From: a virus
Lineage: Duplodnaviria; Caudoviricetes
Length of the DNA stretch: 64,000 nucleotides
Direction: 5' to 3' (one strand)
Virus record (IMG/VR): IMGVR_UViG_3300032782_000002
Under the pieces are notes generated by a model, which saw only the letters and a list, made by a program, of their open reading frames with translations, was not told the origin of the DNA and made no database searches. Position 1 is the stretch's first letter; every line of letters starts with the position of its first letter. The translations under genes and the position numbers were made by a program. Below, one piece after another: positions 46,914 to 55,909 of this stretch.

Positions 46914-48247
46914 AGCTTCTCCAGAGCGCGTTCGATCGACGCGATGTAGTTGGCGTGCGGGTTCCAGTCCCCGCGCGTGCGCAGCACGCAGGCGAGCGCC
47001 TCGGGCTTGGACATCTTCAGTCCTGCACGAAGCGCCATATAGCCCATCGCCGGCCCGCGGCTGCCGCCCATGCGGCAGTGACAGTAGAGGATCGTGCCGG
47101 ATTCGCTCAGGACGCGCTCGGCGAACTCGATACCCTTGCCTAGATCCGGAGGGTTCGAGCGGCGTTCGATCGGCTCACCGTCATCGTAGAACGGCAGCGC
47201 GCAGAGCCGATCGCGCGGCCACCACACCGCGTCGTTGTGCTCGTCGGCCGTGATGACATGCGTCACGCCCAGCTGCTTGATCTTGGCCAGGCTCTCGTGT
47301 GTCAGCAGACCGCCCACCAGAACACGATCGTGCGCCCAGTACATGCGCGCCTCGCCGAAGTTCGTCTTGTAGATCATGACGTGCCCGTCGCCCTTGGCGG
47401 GATCGAGGGGCGACGCGGCGACGAGGTTCGGCTTCCACACGTCGAGGCACTCGCGACACGCACGCAGACCGTCCGCGCGCAGAAACCCGCGGCGTAGACC
47501 CGGACCCGGACGGCACGCCGTGCATTCCGTCAGGAACGCGGGGCGTACGAACTTGAGCGTGCCGTAGTGGCCCCAGAAGCGCTCGCCCATCGTTTCGAGC
47601 GGCTCGCGGATGCGCTGCTCGACGCAGCGGAAGCCGCGACTCGCCAGAAACGCGCCGATGTAGAACTGGTCGGACCACTCGTGCCACTCCAGCATCACCG
47701 CGATGACGCCGTCGAGGTGCTTGTAGCCCTGCAGGATGGGGATCTCGGAGCCCTCCGTGTCGATCTTGAGCAGATCGCACGGCGGCAGATCGGCCGCCGA
47801 CACGGTCCGGACGCGGAAGGTCTTGTCGGGGCGCTGGCCGCCGGTGCACTCCAGACTCGCCATGCCGGACATGCCCGTGTCGCTGTCGGCTCCGTCGAAG
47901 AGCGGCACGTCGTCGAGCGGCACCATCTCACCGTCGGCGCGCTGGCAGTTGACGATCGCAGCCTCGACGAGGTCGACGTCGGGACAGTTCTTGCGGTACC
48001 AGCCGATGTTGATCGGGTGGGGCTCGTACGCGTGGACGGTGCAGCCTGGATACTCGAACTGCGCCCACTTGGTGAACGCGCCGATATTGGCGCCTGCGTC
48101 GATGAGGACGGGCGGCCGCCCAAGCTTGGCGATGTCGAGCACGTCGATCCGGTACTCGCCGTCGAGCACCTCTTGGAGCCCCTCGCGCACGCCCGGATGG
48201 TCGGGCATGAACGGCAGCTCGGGGCGCTTGAATTCGTCGTCGCTCAC
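46910..48247 (-). CDS. FkbM methyltransferase fused to a dual-specificity phosphatase
   Basis: IDAGANIGAF, LKIDTEGSE, CxxC..CxxC linker, HCRMGGSRG (CX5R). Confidence 0.75.
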   Translation of the reverse strand: MSDDEFKRPELPFMPDHPGVREGLQEVLDGEYRIDVLDIAKLGRPPVLIDAGANIGAFTKWAQFEYPGCTVHAYEPHPINIGWYRKNCPDVDLVEAAIVNCQRADGEMVPLDDVPLFDGADSDTGMSGMASLECTGGQRPDKTFRVRTVSAADLPPCDLLKIDTEGSEIPILQGYKHLDGVIAVMLEWHEWSDQFYIGAFLASRGFRCVEQRIREPLETMGERFWGHYGTLKFVRPAFLTECTACRPGPGLRRGFLRADGLRACRECLDVWKPNLVAASPLDPAKGDGHVMIYKTNFGEARMYWAHDRVLVGGLLTHESLAKIKQLGVTHVITADEHNDAVWWPRDRLCALPFYDDGEPIERRSNPPDLGKGIEFAERVLSESGTILYCHCRMGGSRGPAMGYMALRAGLKMSKPEALACVLRTRGDWNPHANYIASIERALEKL

Positions 48248-50256
48248 AGGCCCAGAACCTCCTCCCACTGCTTCGCGATGGTGTCCGGCGATCGGTCGGC
48301 GAGCTGCTCGCGCGGCGCGCACCAGTTGCCCTCCGGCTCGTCCAGCGCGAGCAGGAAGTCACGACCGAACGTCTCGGGATCGCTGGTCACCAGCCGGGAG
48401 TTGGTGAGCGCTTCGCGGATGCCGCCGATGCCGCGCAAGCACAGGATGTGCGGCCGCGTGCCAGCCATCTCGGCCAGGACCGCGAGGCAACAGTTGTGCA
48501 CTACAATGCCGTCTGCGACGAAGGTGTGGCATCCCTCGACTTCCATGTCAAACACGGGGCCCCCAGGAATACGGCGAACCTCCACGACCTTGTGGTTGCG
48601 CGCACGGCGTGCCTCCAGCGCACTCTCGATTCCGCCGTGCGTGCGCACCGCACGCAGCATCTCCCTCACGTACTTCGCGGTACTGCCGACACGGTCCGCG
48701 ATCTCAGCGACCGCGACCCCTTTGGCAGCCAGTTCAACAACTGTCGCAAAGCGCGCAGCACTCCGTGTACGACGCGTCTCGAAACTGGCGTTCGCTGCCT
48801 TCTGGCGTCCATGTCGAATCTGCGCGGCGTAGGCCGGATCCGTCAGGATCTTTCTGGCGCGCGTCGCGGCGCGCTTGTTCGCCTGTATCGACAACACCGC
48901 GGCCCGTTGCGCAAACGGCAAGCTAGCCAGCGCATCCCAGTAGCGCCGCAAGTTGTTCGCGTCGGACCGAATATCCCGCCCACAAAAAGTCTTGCGGAAG
49001 TGATCCGCCATCGACAGCACCTGCAGCATCTCGGGACTGTTATCGAGCCGCTCTGCGTCCAGATGATCTACATGCTCGTTCGAGTCCAGCGGACGCCCCC
49101 GCATCCACTCCCCAACCAGACGATGCTCGTTCGCCCATCGCCCATCGCCATCTTGGACTGCCACGTTGTAGCGGTAGTTCAACGCCAGCAGCCGGGTGCC
49201 CGGCTTCAGATCTCCGGCATGTACCCACTCACGATTCCACGTCATGACCAGATGCTCTGGCGTGACCCGTAGCGGGCCGCCCTCATCCAGTACGACTTCA
49301 ACCATCTCCGACGCGATCTTCGTCTGCCACACGCGGTTGCACGTCGCGATGCGAAAACGACTCTCAGCTTCGTCCCATGCGTACACAGGGAAGCCGCTCT
49401 TCCCGACGAGATCCGCAATGCGCACTGTCGGCTTACCACCACGATGATTGCCGGGCACCGAGATACGCGAATCGGGGTGTAGACAGAACACCTCCGCGAA
49501 CCGAGCCACGTAGAAGAGGCCCTCGCTCTCGGCGACGAGCCGACGGTACGACTCGATCGTCGGGGTCTCGACAGTGTGGATGCCGTAGCCCTCGGCCTCC
49601 TCGGGCATGTCGGGCAGCCCACCGGAGAACTCGGGGACGGCCACGGCGAGGCTCAGACCGAGCTTCGCGCGCGCTCCGGGGTGGCGCTCGTCGAGCTGCG
49701 ACATGAAGAACGCCCAGTAGCGCATCGTGTCCTTGAGCCCCTTGCGGGCAGCGCTGGCGTAGACGAACTGGCCGAGCTTCTTCTCGACGATCGGGGGCGC
49801 CTCGACGATCGGCGCAATGACCGCCTTGTGCTTCGCGAAGGGGTAGAGCGTGGTCTGCCACTTCGTGTTGCACACGAGGATCCCACCGTCGTGGGCGAGC
49901 AGGCGCGCCAGGGCGTCGTAGTCGCGCGCGTCGCAGTGATCGTTGCAGCGTACGACGGTGCGATCGGCGAGGACCTGCCGGCCCGGCGGAGGCAGCGTGT
50001 AGCGCTGCAGGTAGAGCGCCTTGACGCGCCGGGGCAGGTGCTTGTGCGACGTGTAGATCACGCCGTCGTCCATGCCGCAGTCCTCGTCGTCGAGATCGAG
50101 CGCGAGGGTCACGCGGTGTCCGCGCTTGGCGAGCGCCGTGGCGACCTGCACGAGTTCCAGCTCACTGCCGCCTGCACCGCAGCGCCGGAGCGTGGCCGCC
50201 GTCACGGGCGGCCCCACAGTGCTGTAGAGCAGCACGTCGGTGTCGTACACGCTCAT
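48244..50256 (-). CDS. GT-B (GT4-like) glycosyltransferase containing an intein
   Basis: GAGGSE, LAKRGHRV, FVYASAARKGL, FYVARFAEVF|C. Confidence 0.75.
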   Translation of the reverse strand: MSVYDTDVLLYSTVGPPVTAATLRRCGAGGSELELVQVATALAKRGHRVTLALDLDDEDCGMDDGVIYTSHKHLPRRVKALYLQRYTLPPPGRQVLADRTVVRCNDHCDARDYDALARLLAHDGGILVCNTKWQTTLYPFAKHKAVIAPIVEAPPIVEKKLGQFVYASAARKGLKDTMRYWAFFMSQLDERHPGARAKLGLSLAVAVPEFSGGLPDMPEEAEGYGIHTVETPTIESYRRLVAESEGLFYVARFAEVFCLHPDSRISVPGNHRGGKPTVRIADLVGKSGFPVYAWDEAESRFRIATCNRVWQTKIASEMVEVVLDEGGPLRVTPEHLVMTWNREWVHAGDLKPGTRLLALNYRYNVAVQDGDGRWANEHRLVGEWMRGRPLDSNEHVDHLDAERLDNSPEMLQVLSMADHFRKTFCGRDIRSDANNLRRYWDALASLPFAQRAAVLSIQANKRAATRARKILTDPAYAAQIRHGRQKAANASFETRRTRSAARFATVVELAAKGVAVAEIADRVGSTAKYVREMLRAVRTHGGIESALEARRARNHKVVEVRRIPGGPVFDMEVEGCHTFVADGIVVHNCCLAVLAEMAGTRPHILCLRGIGGIREALTNSRLVTSDPETFGRDFLLALDEPEGNWCAPREQLADRSPDTIAKQWEEVLGL
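48493..49485 (-). mobile_element. Intein with HNH endonuclease and HTH (331 aa)
   Basis: CLHPDS, LRVTPEH, HVDH...DNSPEML, VFDMEVEGCHTFVADGIVVHN|C. Confidence 0.9.
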
Positions 50257-50963
50257 TCGGGGCCGATCCCTTCCGGCGTCTCGATGGTGCGCAGCAGGAT
50301 CGGCAGGTAGCAGCCGCTGCGGGCGCCGTTACGCACGTGGCCGTCGGGCGCGAGCCAGAGCGGCTCGCCCATCTCCTTGACCCAGCGGTGGCTGAAGGAC
50401 ACGTCCTCGTAGCAGCGGATCCCCAGCTCGTTGTCGACCAGATCGAATGCGGGGACGCACGTGCCGGCATCCCGGGGCGCGCCTTGGCCCCGCAGGCCGT
50501 AGCGGGCGGCGACCTTCTTGGCTGCCGTGACGCGCATCATCAGCAGCCCGAAGCCGGAGAAGATGCACTGCACGAGGCGCTTGTCCTCGCTCCACACCCC
50601 GCGCCCCTGCCCGTCCACGATCGGCTCGACGCTCCAGCCCACCTCATGCGACTCGGCATTCTCCGCCGCCTTGAGCGGGTAGGCGCGCGCGATGACTTCC
50701 TCGGGGCGGTGCATCAGCTCGAAGATGAGATTGGCGTCCGCGTCGACGTCGCTGTCGAGCCACACGCCCCAGTCCTCATCGTTGTAACGACTCAGCACGT
50801 AGATCAGGCGGTTGCGCGCCTGATCGATGAGCTGCGCCAGCTTGCAGTCCTCGAAGATGAGGTTCACGTCGCGCTCGATGCAGCCGGCCTTGAGGTCGGC
50901 CACCATGTCGCGCTGCTCGACGGAGACCGAGCCGCGGCTCGGCGACAGGACGATGAGGTTCAC
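50253..50963 (-). CDS. GT-A-fold glycosyltransferase-like protein
   Basis: IDQARNRL, VWLDSDV, GFGLLMM, YEDVSF; related to 32532-33410. Confidence 0.65.
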   Translation of the reverse strand: MNLIVLSPSRGSVSVEQRDMVADLKAGCIERDVNLIFEDCKLAQLIDQARNRLIYVLSRYNDEDWGVWLDSDVDADANLIFELMHRPEEVIARAYPLKAAENAESHEVGWSVEPIVDGQGRGVWSEDKRLVQCIFSGFGLLMMRVTAAKKVAARYGLRGQGAPRDAGTCVPAFDLVDNELGIRCYEDVSFSHRWVKEMGEPLWLAPDGHVRNGARSGCYLPILLRTIETPEGIGPE

Positions 50964-50970
50964 GTCGCGC

Positions 50971-51408
50971 TTACGCCTTGTTGCGGCGACGCTTGCCGGT
51001 GACCTTGTCGACGGGACCGAGCATGGCGCGCGCGAGGATGTCGAAGCACCACTCACGCAGGCCGTCGGAGACCTCCTCCATGAACTGCACGCTCGACACG
51101 TAGACGTCGCGAACCGGATGGAGCGAGTCCACGTCCATCACGAAACCGCAGTCGAAGGCGCTCTGGGCACCGCCCCGCGGGCCGTTCGGGGTCATGACCA
51201 TGACGGGCGTGCGTGGGGGGCTCGGCACCACCAGGGCGCACTCCAGGGTCATCGTGCGGGTGGCCTTGTCGTACTCGCCCACCTTGCCAAGCCACGCCGC
51301 ACCGCTGACCTCGTTGACGAGCGCCCAGCCTTCGAGGCTCTTGGGGATGACGTGCTCGACGTCGTGATCCTTCACACGGATCCGGAAGCGGATCTCTTCT
51401 TCGGCCAC
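50971..51408 (-). CDS. Hypothetical protein
   Basis: AGGAG RBS with GTG start. Confidence 0.55.
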   Translation of the reverse strand: MAEEEIRFRIRVKDHDVEHVIPKSLEGWALVNEVSGAAWLGKVGEYDKATRTMTLECALVVPSPPRTPVMVMTPNGPRGGAQSAFDCGFVMDVDSLHPVRDVYVSSVQFMEEVSDGLREWCFDILARAMLGPVDKVTGKRRRNKA

Positions 51409-51566
51409 GGGGTGTCTCCTTTGCGGGCGCCGTCCAGTAGGGTGAGCCGGATCCAGGCGGACAGAGACAGACCGCGCGCCTGCGCCTGGCGCACGAACGC
51501 GTCTTTCTCCTCCGCCTTGACCTTGATGTGGATCTGCTCGTTACGGGGCAAGCTGATGCGTGACAT
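51372..51566 (-). CDS. Ribbon-helix-helix DNA-binding protein
   Basis: QIHIKV..EEK..F...A...GLSLSAWIR. Confidence 0.7.
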   Translation of the reverse strand: MSRISLPRNEQIHIKVKAEEKDAFVRQAQARGLSLSAWIRLTLLDGARKGDTPWPKKRSASGSV

Positions 51567-51657
51567 ACACAACGTGTAGACGGCCGTCAAGCTCGCTTCT
51601 GGCAGGAGCTGACGAGATCGGCTCACACCCGCGCCGATCTGCGCTAAACTACTCGCC

Positions 51658-51963
51658 ATGTCTGCCTGCCTGTCCGTCGGCTCGACGTCGAACGTCATGG
51701 TCGACCTCACGCCGGGCTACTGGGTCCTGCAGCCGGGACGGGCCGGCAGCCCCATCCAGCAGCTGACCGGCGGGGTCGAGGGCAGCGGCGCCATCGCCGC
51801 CCCCTCCGGCGCTACGGCGGCCGCTGCGGGCCTCGCCGCGCTCAGCAGCGCCCTGGTTGTCAAGATGGCCGGCGGAGGCGCCCTGGCCATGCTGGCGGCC
51901 GCCGCGGGCGTGCCGCTCGCCATCTTCGGCCTGATCTACCTGGCCGAGCGCAACAAATCGTAG
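51658..51963 (+). CDS. Small membrane protein
   Basis: Ala/Gly TM segments; TAAACT 7 nt upstream. Confidence 0.55.
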   Translation: MSACLSVGSTSNVMVDLTPGYWVLQPGRAGSPIQQLTGGVEGSGAIAAPSGATAAAAGLAALSSALVVKMAGGGALAMLAAAAGVPLAIFGLIYLAERNKS

Positions 51964-51964
51964 G

Positions 51965-52690
51965 TCACGCCGCTGCGAGGCGCGCCGGAGCCAGGTCCAG
52001 GCGGCACATCGCGCGCAGCACGCCCCCGAGCTTGTCGGAGAAGGCGTGATCGGGGTCCACTCCGCCGATCCCGGGGAGTGAGATCTGCAGGCTCTGACGG
52101 CAGCACACGCTGCGCTTCGAGACATCCCACGGACCGTAGGCGCCCCAGTAGCGATTGACGTCGGGGATCAGGTACTCCTGGCTCGGCGACAAGCCGGGGT
52201 CGAAGCCCTCGTAGATGACCGGCGTGCCGCCGACGCGCACCCCGTTCGGCCCGCACCAGGCCGTCGCGTGCGCAAACATCGCGGGCCCGCCGACCTTGAG
52301 CGACTCGTCGTCCATCGCGATGTGACAGTCGCTCAGGTAGCCGATCCCCTTGGCGTAGTTGCCCGCACACAGCCCGTCCTCGGCGCCCTGCTCGGCCGAG
52401 GGCATCCAGAGCCCCTTGCGGCAGTGCTGCACGAGCATCACGCAGAGCCCCGCATCGCAGAGCGCGCGCAGGCGGTCGGCGTTCATGTCCCAGGCGGAGC
52501 GGTTGCCCGGCAGGGGCACGTAGCCCCAGACGAACTTGATCAGCTGGCCGTTGGGCAGACGCGTCTTGAGCAGCGCCTGGATCTGCGTGTCGTTGTACTC
52601 GCCGGCCAGCACGCTGTCGATCCCCCAGCAGTCGGGCAGATCGATCGAACCGTAGGTCGGCGTCGTGATGTCGGGTGCGGGCGAGACCAT
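51965..52690 (-). CDS. DUF1906/GH25-like cell-wall hydrolase (endolysin candidate)
   Basis: GID...FVWGY...AGL.VMLVQ...G.EDG...IAMDDE...VIYEG pattern; AGGAGG RBS. Confidence 0.6.
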   Translation of the reverse strand: MVSPAPDITTPTYGSIDLPDCWGIDSVLAGEYNDTQIQALLKTRLPNGQLIKFVWGYVPLPGNRSAWDMNADRLRALCDAGLCVMLVQHCRKGLWMPSAEQGAEDGLCAGNYAKGIGYLSDCHIAMDDESLKVGGPAMFAHATAWCGPNGVRVGGTPVIYEGFDPGLSPSQEYLIPDVNRYWGAYGPWDVSKRSVCCRQSLQISLPGIGGVDPDHAFSDKLGGVLRAMCRLDLAPARLAAA

Positions 52691-52699
52691 GAAAACCTC

Positions 52700-52948
52700 C
52701 TAGCGAGAGCGGCGCGTGCGCGAAGCGTGCGGTCGCAGGTTGCGCAGCGTCCGACGCCCCGCCAGATGCTCCTCGATGAGCCACATCGCACGGAGCGTAG
52801 CTTCCGGACGGGTACGCCCTGACGTTACATCGAGAACCTTGCTGTCGCGAAAGACGGCCGCCTCGTACATGCGTGTGCCGCGATGCGAGGTGAGGTTCGT
52901 GCGGATGACGAACTCGCGATACGGCTCGTGCTTGACGCGTGTGCTCAT
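52700..52948 (-). CDS. Hypothetical basic protein
   Basis: ATGA-coupled ORF. Confidence 0.5.
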   Translation of the reverse strand: MSTRVKHEPYREFVIRTNLTSHRGTRMYEAAVFRDSKVLDVTSGRTRPEATLRAMWLIEEHLAGRRTLRNLRPHASRTRRSR

Positions 52949-53376
52949 CCGCTGCCTCGCACCGTGATGGTCGACGTCTGGGGCCGACCCTGGTTGTCTG
53001 ACCAGCTCACCGTCAGCTTGGCGACGCCGGCCTGCATCGGCTGGCGCATGCGCAGCAGCTGGCCGCCACGTGCGTCGGGCTCGGCCAGATAGCCCTGGCG
53101 ACCGGGCATGACCGCGTCGTTGTCGGAGGCGACGCTCGCGAAGGTGCCCTTGACGTAGAGATCGAGGAAGTTCGCGGGCATGGTCGCATCGGTGCCGAGA
53201 TCGACCTCACCGACGGAGCCGGGAAGCACGGAGACCTCGGTTGAGCCGCCGTGGCCGGGGACTGTCGGGGCCATGCCGGGGGCCGCGGTGTAGTAGCGCC
53301 GAACGGGCGCGACGACGCGCGTCTCCCACCAGTAGAGACCGACCACCACGACACCTGCAACGAGCCACTCGATCAT
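52945..53376 (-). CDS. Membrane-anchored beta protein
   Basis: MIEWLVAGVVVVGLYWW. Confidence 0.55.
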   Translation of the reverse strand: MIEWLVAGVVVVGLYWWETRVVAPVRRYYTAAPGMAPTVPGHGGSTEVSVLPGSVGEVDLGTDATMPANFLDLYVKGTFASVASDNDAVMPGRQGYLAEPDARGGQLLRMRQPMQAGVAKLTVSWSDNQGRPQTSTITVRGSG

Positions 53377-53654
53377 CGCCACCACGTCTCCTGGCGCTCG
53401 CGGCTCTCGCGCTTCGCGCGCGCCACCGCCTCGTAGCGCCCCTTGAGCAGCTGTATGCGCGCGCGAAGACGCTCCACCTCGGCGAGGGCTCGCTGCGCCT
53501 CCGCGGGCGGCGCCCGGCGCGCGTAGTTGAGCAGCGGCTGGATCTCGTCCTGGTACTGCTCCATCTTGGCGTCGAGCTGCGCGAGCACGCCCTGGTAGCG
53601 CTCTTGGGTCGCGTCCCCGTGACGCGACGTGCGGGTGGCACGACGCGAGCGCAT
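53373..53654 (-). CDS. Coiled-coil small protein
   Basis: MRSRRATRTSRHGD followed by a heptad helix. Confidence 0.55.
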   Translation of the reverse strand: MRSRRATRTSRHGDATQERYQGVLAQLDAKMEQYQDEIQPLLNYARRAPPAEAQRALAEVERLRARIQLLKGRYEAVARAKRESRERQETWWR

Positions 53655-54259
53655 CACCGCACGTGGTGGCTGACCTTGCCAAAGCGCAGCTTGCAGCCCG
53701 GGTAGGCCCTCTTGGCCGCGTCGCGGATCGCCTTGGCGCTGGAGCCGCGCCACCAGCGGTACTCCTCGGTGCCCTTGTCGGGGTTCTCGATGAGCACCAT
53801 CATGCGCTTGTAGGTGCGCGGCCCGTACACGGGAGTGCCCATGCGCGAGTCGCCATGACGACGGCGGCGCGTGCCGATGCGACTCTCCATGACGTGACGA
53901 ATGCGCTCTTCGTGTGCCGCGGCCGACATGCGCTCCATCGCCAGTCTCTCCTCGCCGCGCAGATGACTCACCCACCCGATCGACGCGGGGCGCGACACGT
54001 GGACCTGCGGCCAGCGCACACCGAGCTGCTTGCGCCAGTTGCGCATGTAGCGGGCCAGCTCTGCGGCGGGCATCGCCAGATCCTTGCCGCGACCGTGCCA
54101 TGTCGCTCCCTGACGGTCTGGCGAGAAGACCATGAAGCTGCTGCACCGCCCTGCGCGCATCTCCTTGTAGCCGCGCTTGATGAGCGCGATCGGCGCGCCA
54201 CTCTCGGTACGCAGCAGGTTGCCGCCATACGAGTAGTAGTGGATCTGAAACGCAGCCAT
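53654..54259 (-). CDS. Hypothetical basic two-module protein
   Basis: Modules joined by RRRRHGD. Confidence 0.55.
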   Translation of the reverse strand: MAAFQIHYYSYGGNLLRTESGAPIALIKRGYKEMRAGRCSSFMVFSPDRQGATWHGRGKDLAMPAAELARYMRNWRKQLGVRWPQVHVSRPASIGWVSHLRGEERLAMERMSAAAHEERIRHVMESRIGTRRRRHGDSRMGTPVYGPRTYKRMMVLIENPDKGTEEYRWWRGSSAKAIRDAAKRAYPGCKLRFGKVSHHVR

Positions 54260-54348
54260 CGAAGCCTCTTGCCGCAGAGCGTACCACCTGACCGCCCACC
54301 CGGACAACGCGACTCGGCAGCTCGTGTCAATCAAAAACGTATCAAGAA

Positions 54349-54624
54349 TTACTGGATGCCGCGCGCGACCATCGACGCGTCTTCGATAGCCGCCATGCGT
54401 GATTCGTCATCCGCCGCTGCGATCCGATCGATGGCGCTCTTGAGCGTCTGCTGGTTCACGAGCAGATCGGTGCAGCGCGTCTGCACGGCCGACAGGTTGT
54501 TGACGGCCTGCTCGTAGTCGCCGAGCAGCTTGAGCACCATGTGCGCCAGATACGACGCGTCGTCGACCTGCCGCCGCCCCTTGAGGACGTCGGCGGCGCG
54601 CTCGCGCACCTCGTTGGGGCTCAC
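54349..54624 (-). CDS. Hypothetical coiled-coil protein
   Basis: GTGA-coupled ORF. Confidence 0.55.
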   Translation of the reverse strand: MSPNEVRERAADVLKGRRQVDDASYLAHMVLKLLGDYEQAVNNLSAVQTRCTDLLVNQQTLKSAIDRIAAADDESRMAAIEDASMVARGIQ

Positions 54625-54833
54625 GTCTCGGGCGCCCCGCGACGCCGGCCGAACATCACGTAGTGCTCGATGGCCACGACAACGGCGTCGTCGGACATGA
54701 TCCCGATGGCCTCGTCGTCGAGCGACACCGCGATCAGCTCCCCCAGCGACAAGTCGGGGCGCTTGTCCCAGGCCACCGCGATCCGCCCCAGGATGTTGGC
54801 GCGGTGATTCTCCATCTTCATGGTGGAGCCCAC
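54621..54833 (-). CDS. Hypothetical protein
   Basis: W...PDL.LG.LI small phage-type motif. Confidence 0.5.
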   Translation of the reverse strand: MGSTMKMENHRANILGRIAVAWDKRPDLSLGELIAVSLDDEAIGIMSDDAVVVAIEHYVMFGRRRGAPET

Positions 54834-54837
54834 GGCG

Positions 54838-55020
54838 CTACTCCGGGAGAAGTCGGGGGAGCAGCCAGTCGTAGACGATCGCCCAGACGATCGGGATCGC
54901 GATAACGCCCACGATGATCGCCAGCGGCCAGGAGGCGCCGACCATCCGCGACACGAAGATGGCCCCTACCGGGACAAGCAGGGGCGCCGTGGGAATCAGT
55001 CCGCTGTAGACGCTCGCCAT
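54838..55020 (-). CDS. Small membrane protein
   Basis: MASVYSGLIP; GASWP turn; TACACT 6 nt upstream. Confidence 0.6.
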   Translation of the reverse strand: MASVYSGLIPTAPLLVPVGAIFVSRMVGASWPLAIIVGVIAIPIVWAIVYDWLLPRLLPE

Positions 55021-55034
55021 ACCCCGAGTGTAGC

Positions 55035-55295
55035 TCAGCTCTTGGCGTAGTACGCGTCTCTTCCGATTCCGAGCAGGTAGGCGAACGAGAACGCGCCCAT
55101 CGCGGACGCCCCGATGACAGGCCACGAGGCCCCGAGTGCGAATGCGATGCTGCCGCCGAACATGCCAATCACGATCGGCGTGACGAGCGACGCCGAGATG
55201 TACGGATTGAGCACGCCCTGGCCCTGAAAGGGGCTCACCGGCTCGATGACCCCCACCTGCTGCCGGCGCGGCACGAGGTAGAGCGCCGAGGCCAC
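55035..55295 (-). CDS. Small membrane protein
   Basis: MASALYLVPRRQQVG; GASWP turn. Confidence 0.55.
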   Translation of the reverse strand: MASALYLVPRRQQVGVIEPVSPFQGQGVLNPYISASLVTPIVIGMFGGSIAFALGASWPVIGASAMGAFSFAYLLGIGRDAYYAKS

Positions 55296-55483
55296 TACAG
55301 GCTCCAGCCGTGCAGGTAGACGAAGGCCCAGGCCACGATGGCGATGGTGCCGACGACGAAGAGCGGCACGCCGACGAAGTACCCGAAGGCGGCCGCGGCG
55401 ACGCCGATGCCGATGGAAGCAGCCATGCTGCCGAAGGTGACTGGCGGCAGCGCGCCCACGTGGATGTGGATGAGCGGGGTCAT
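55295..55483 (-). CDS. Small membrane protein
   Basis: MTPLIHIHVGA followed by two TM segments. Confidence 0.55.
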   Translation of the reverse strand: MTPLIHIHVGALPPVTFGSMAASIGIGVAAAAFGYFVGVPLFVVGTIAIVAWAFVYLHGWSL

Positions 55484-55902
55484 GGTCCGTAGGCAATGAT
55501 AGCAGTGGTATCGGGCGCCGCGCTCTGCAGATCGAGCACGCCGAACGCGACGCTCTCCTTGTAGACGGCCACGATCTGACCCTGAGGCTTGGTCAGGTTG
55601 AGGGTGATGCCGACTCCCGGCAGCGCCTGCGAGACGTCCACGGGCTCGCCGTCGAGCGTCATGCTGATGAAGTACGGCTGCGGCGCCACGACGGCGTTGC
55701 CGACTTTGAAGCCGCTGCCTTGTGTAGTCGTCGGCAGCATCAGCGTGATCTGGGGCCGCAGGCCGGTCGTATGCACGGTCACGTGGTGCGTGCCGAAACC
55801 GCTCGGCAGCTCCAGCCCGATACTGGCAAGCCCCTTGGCACGGAGCCACAACGCGGCGCCCACGCTGACCAGCGCCATGACGGCGAAGAGCGGCCAGGTC
55901 AC
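55480..55902 (-). CDS. Membrane-anchored beta protein
   Basis: N-terminal TM. Confidence 0.5.
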   Translation of the reverse strand: MTWPLFAVMALVSVGAALWLRAKGLASIGLELPSGFGTHHVTVHTTGLRPQITLMLPTTTQGSGFKVGNAVVAPQPYFISMTLDGEPVDVSQALPGVGITLNLTKPQGQIVAVYKESVAFGVLDLQSAAPDTTAIIAYGP

Positions 55903-55909
55903 GGCGAGG

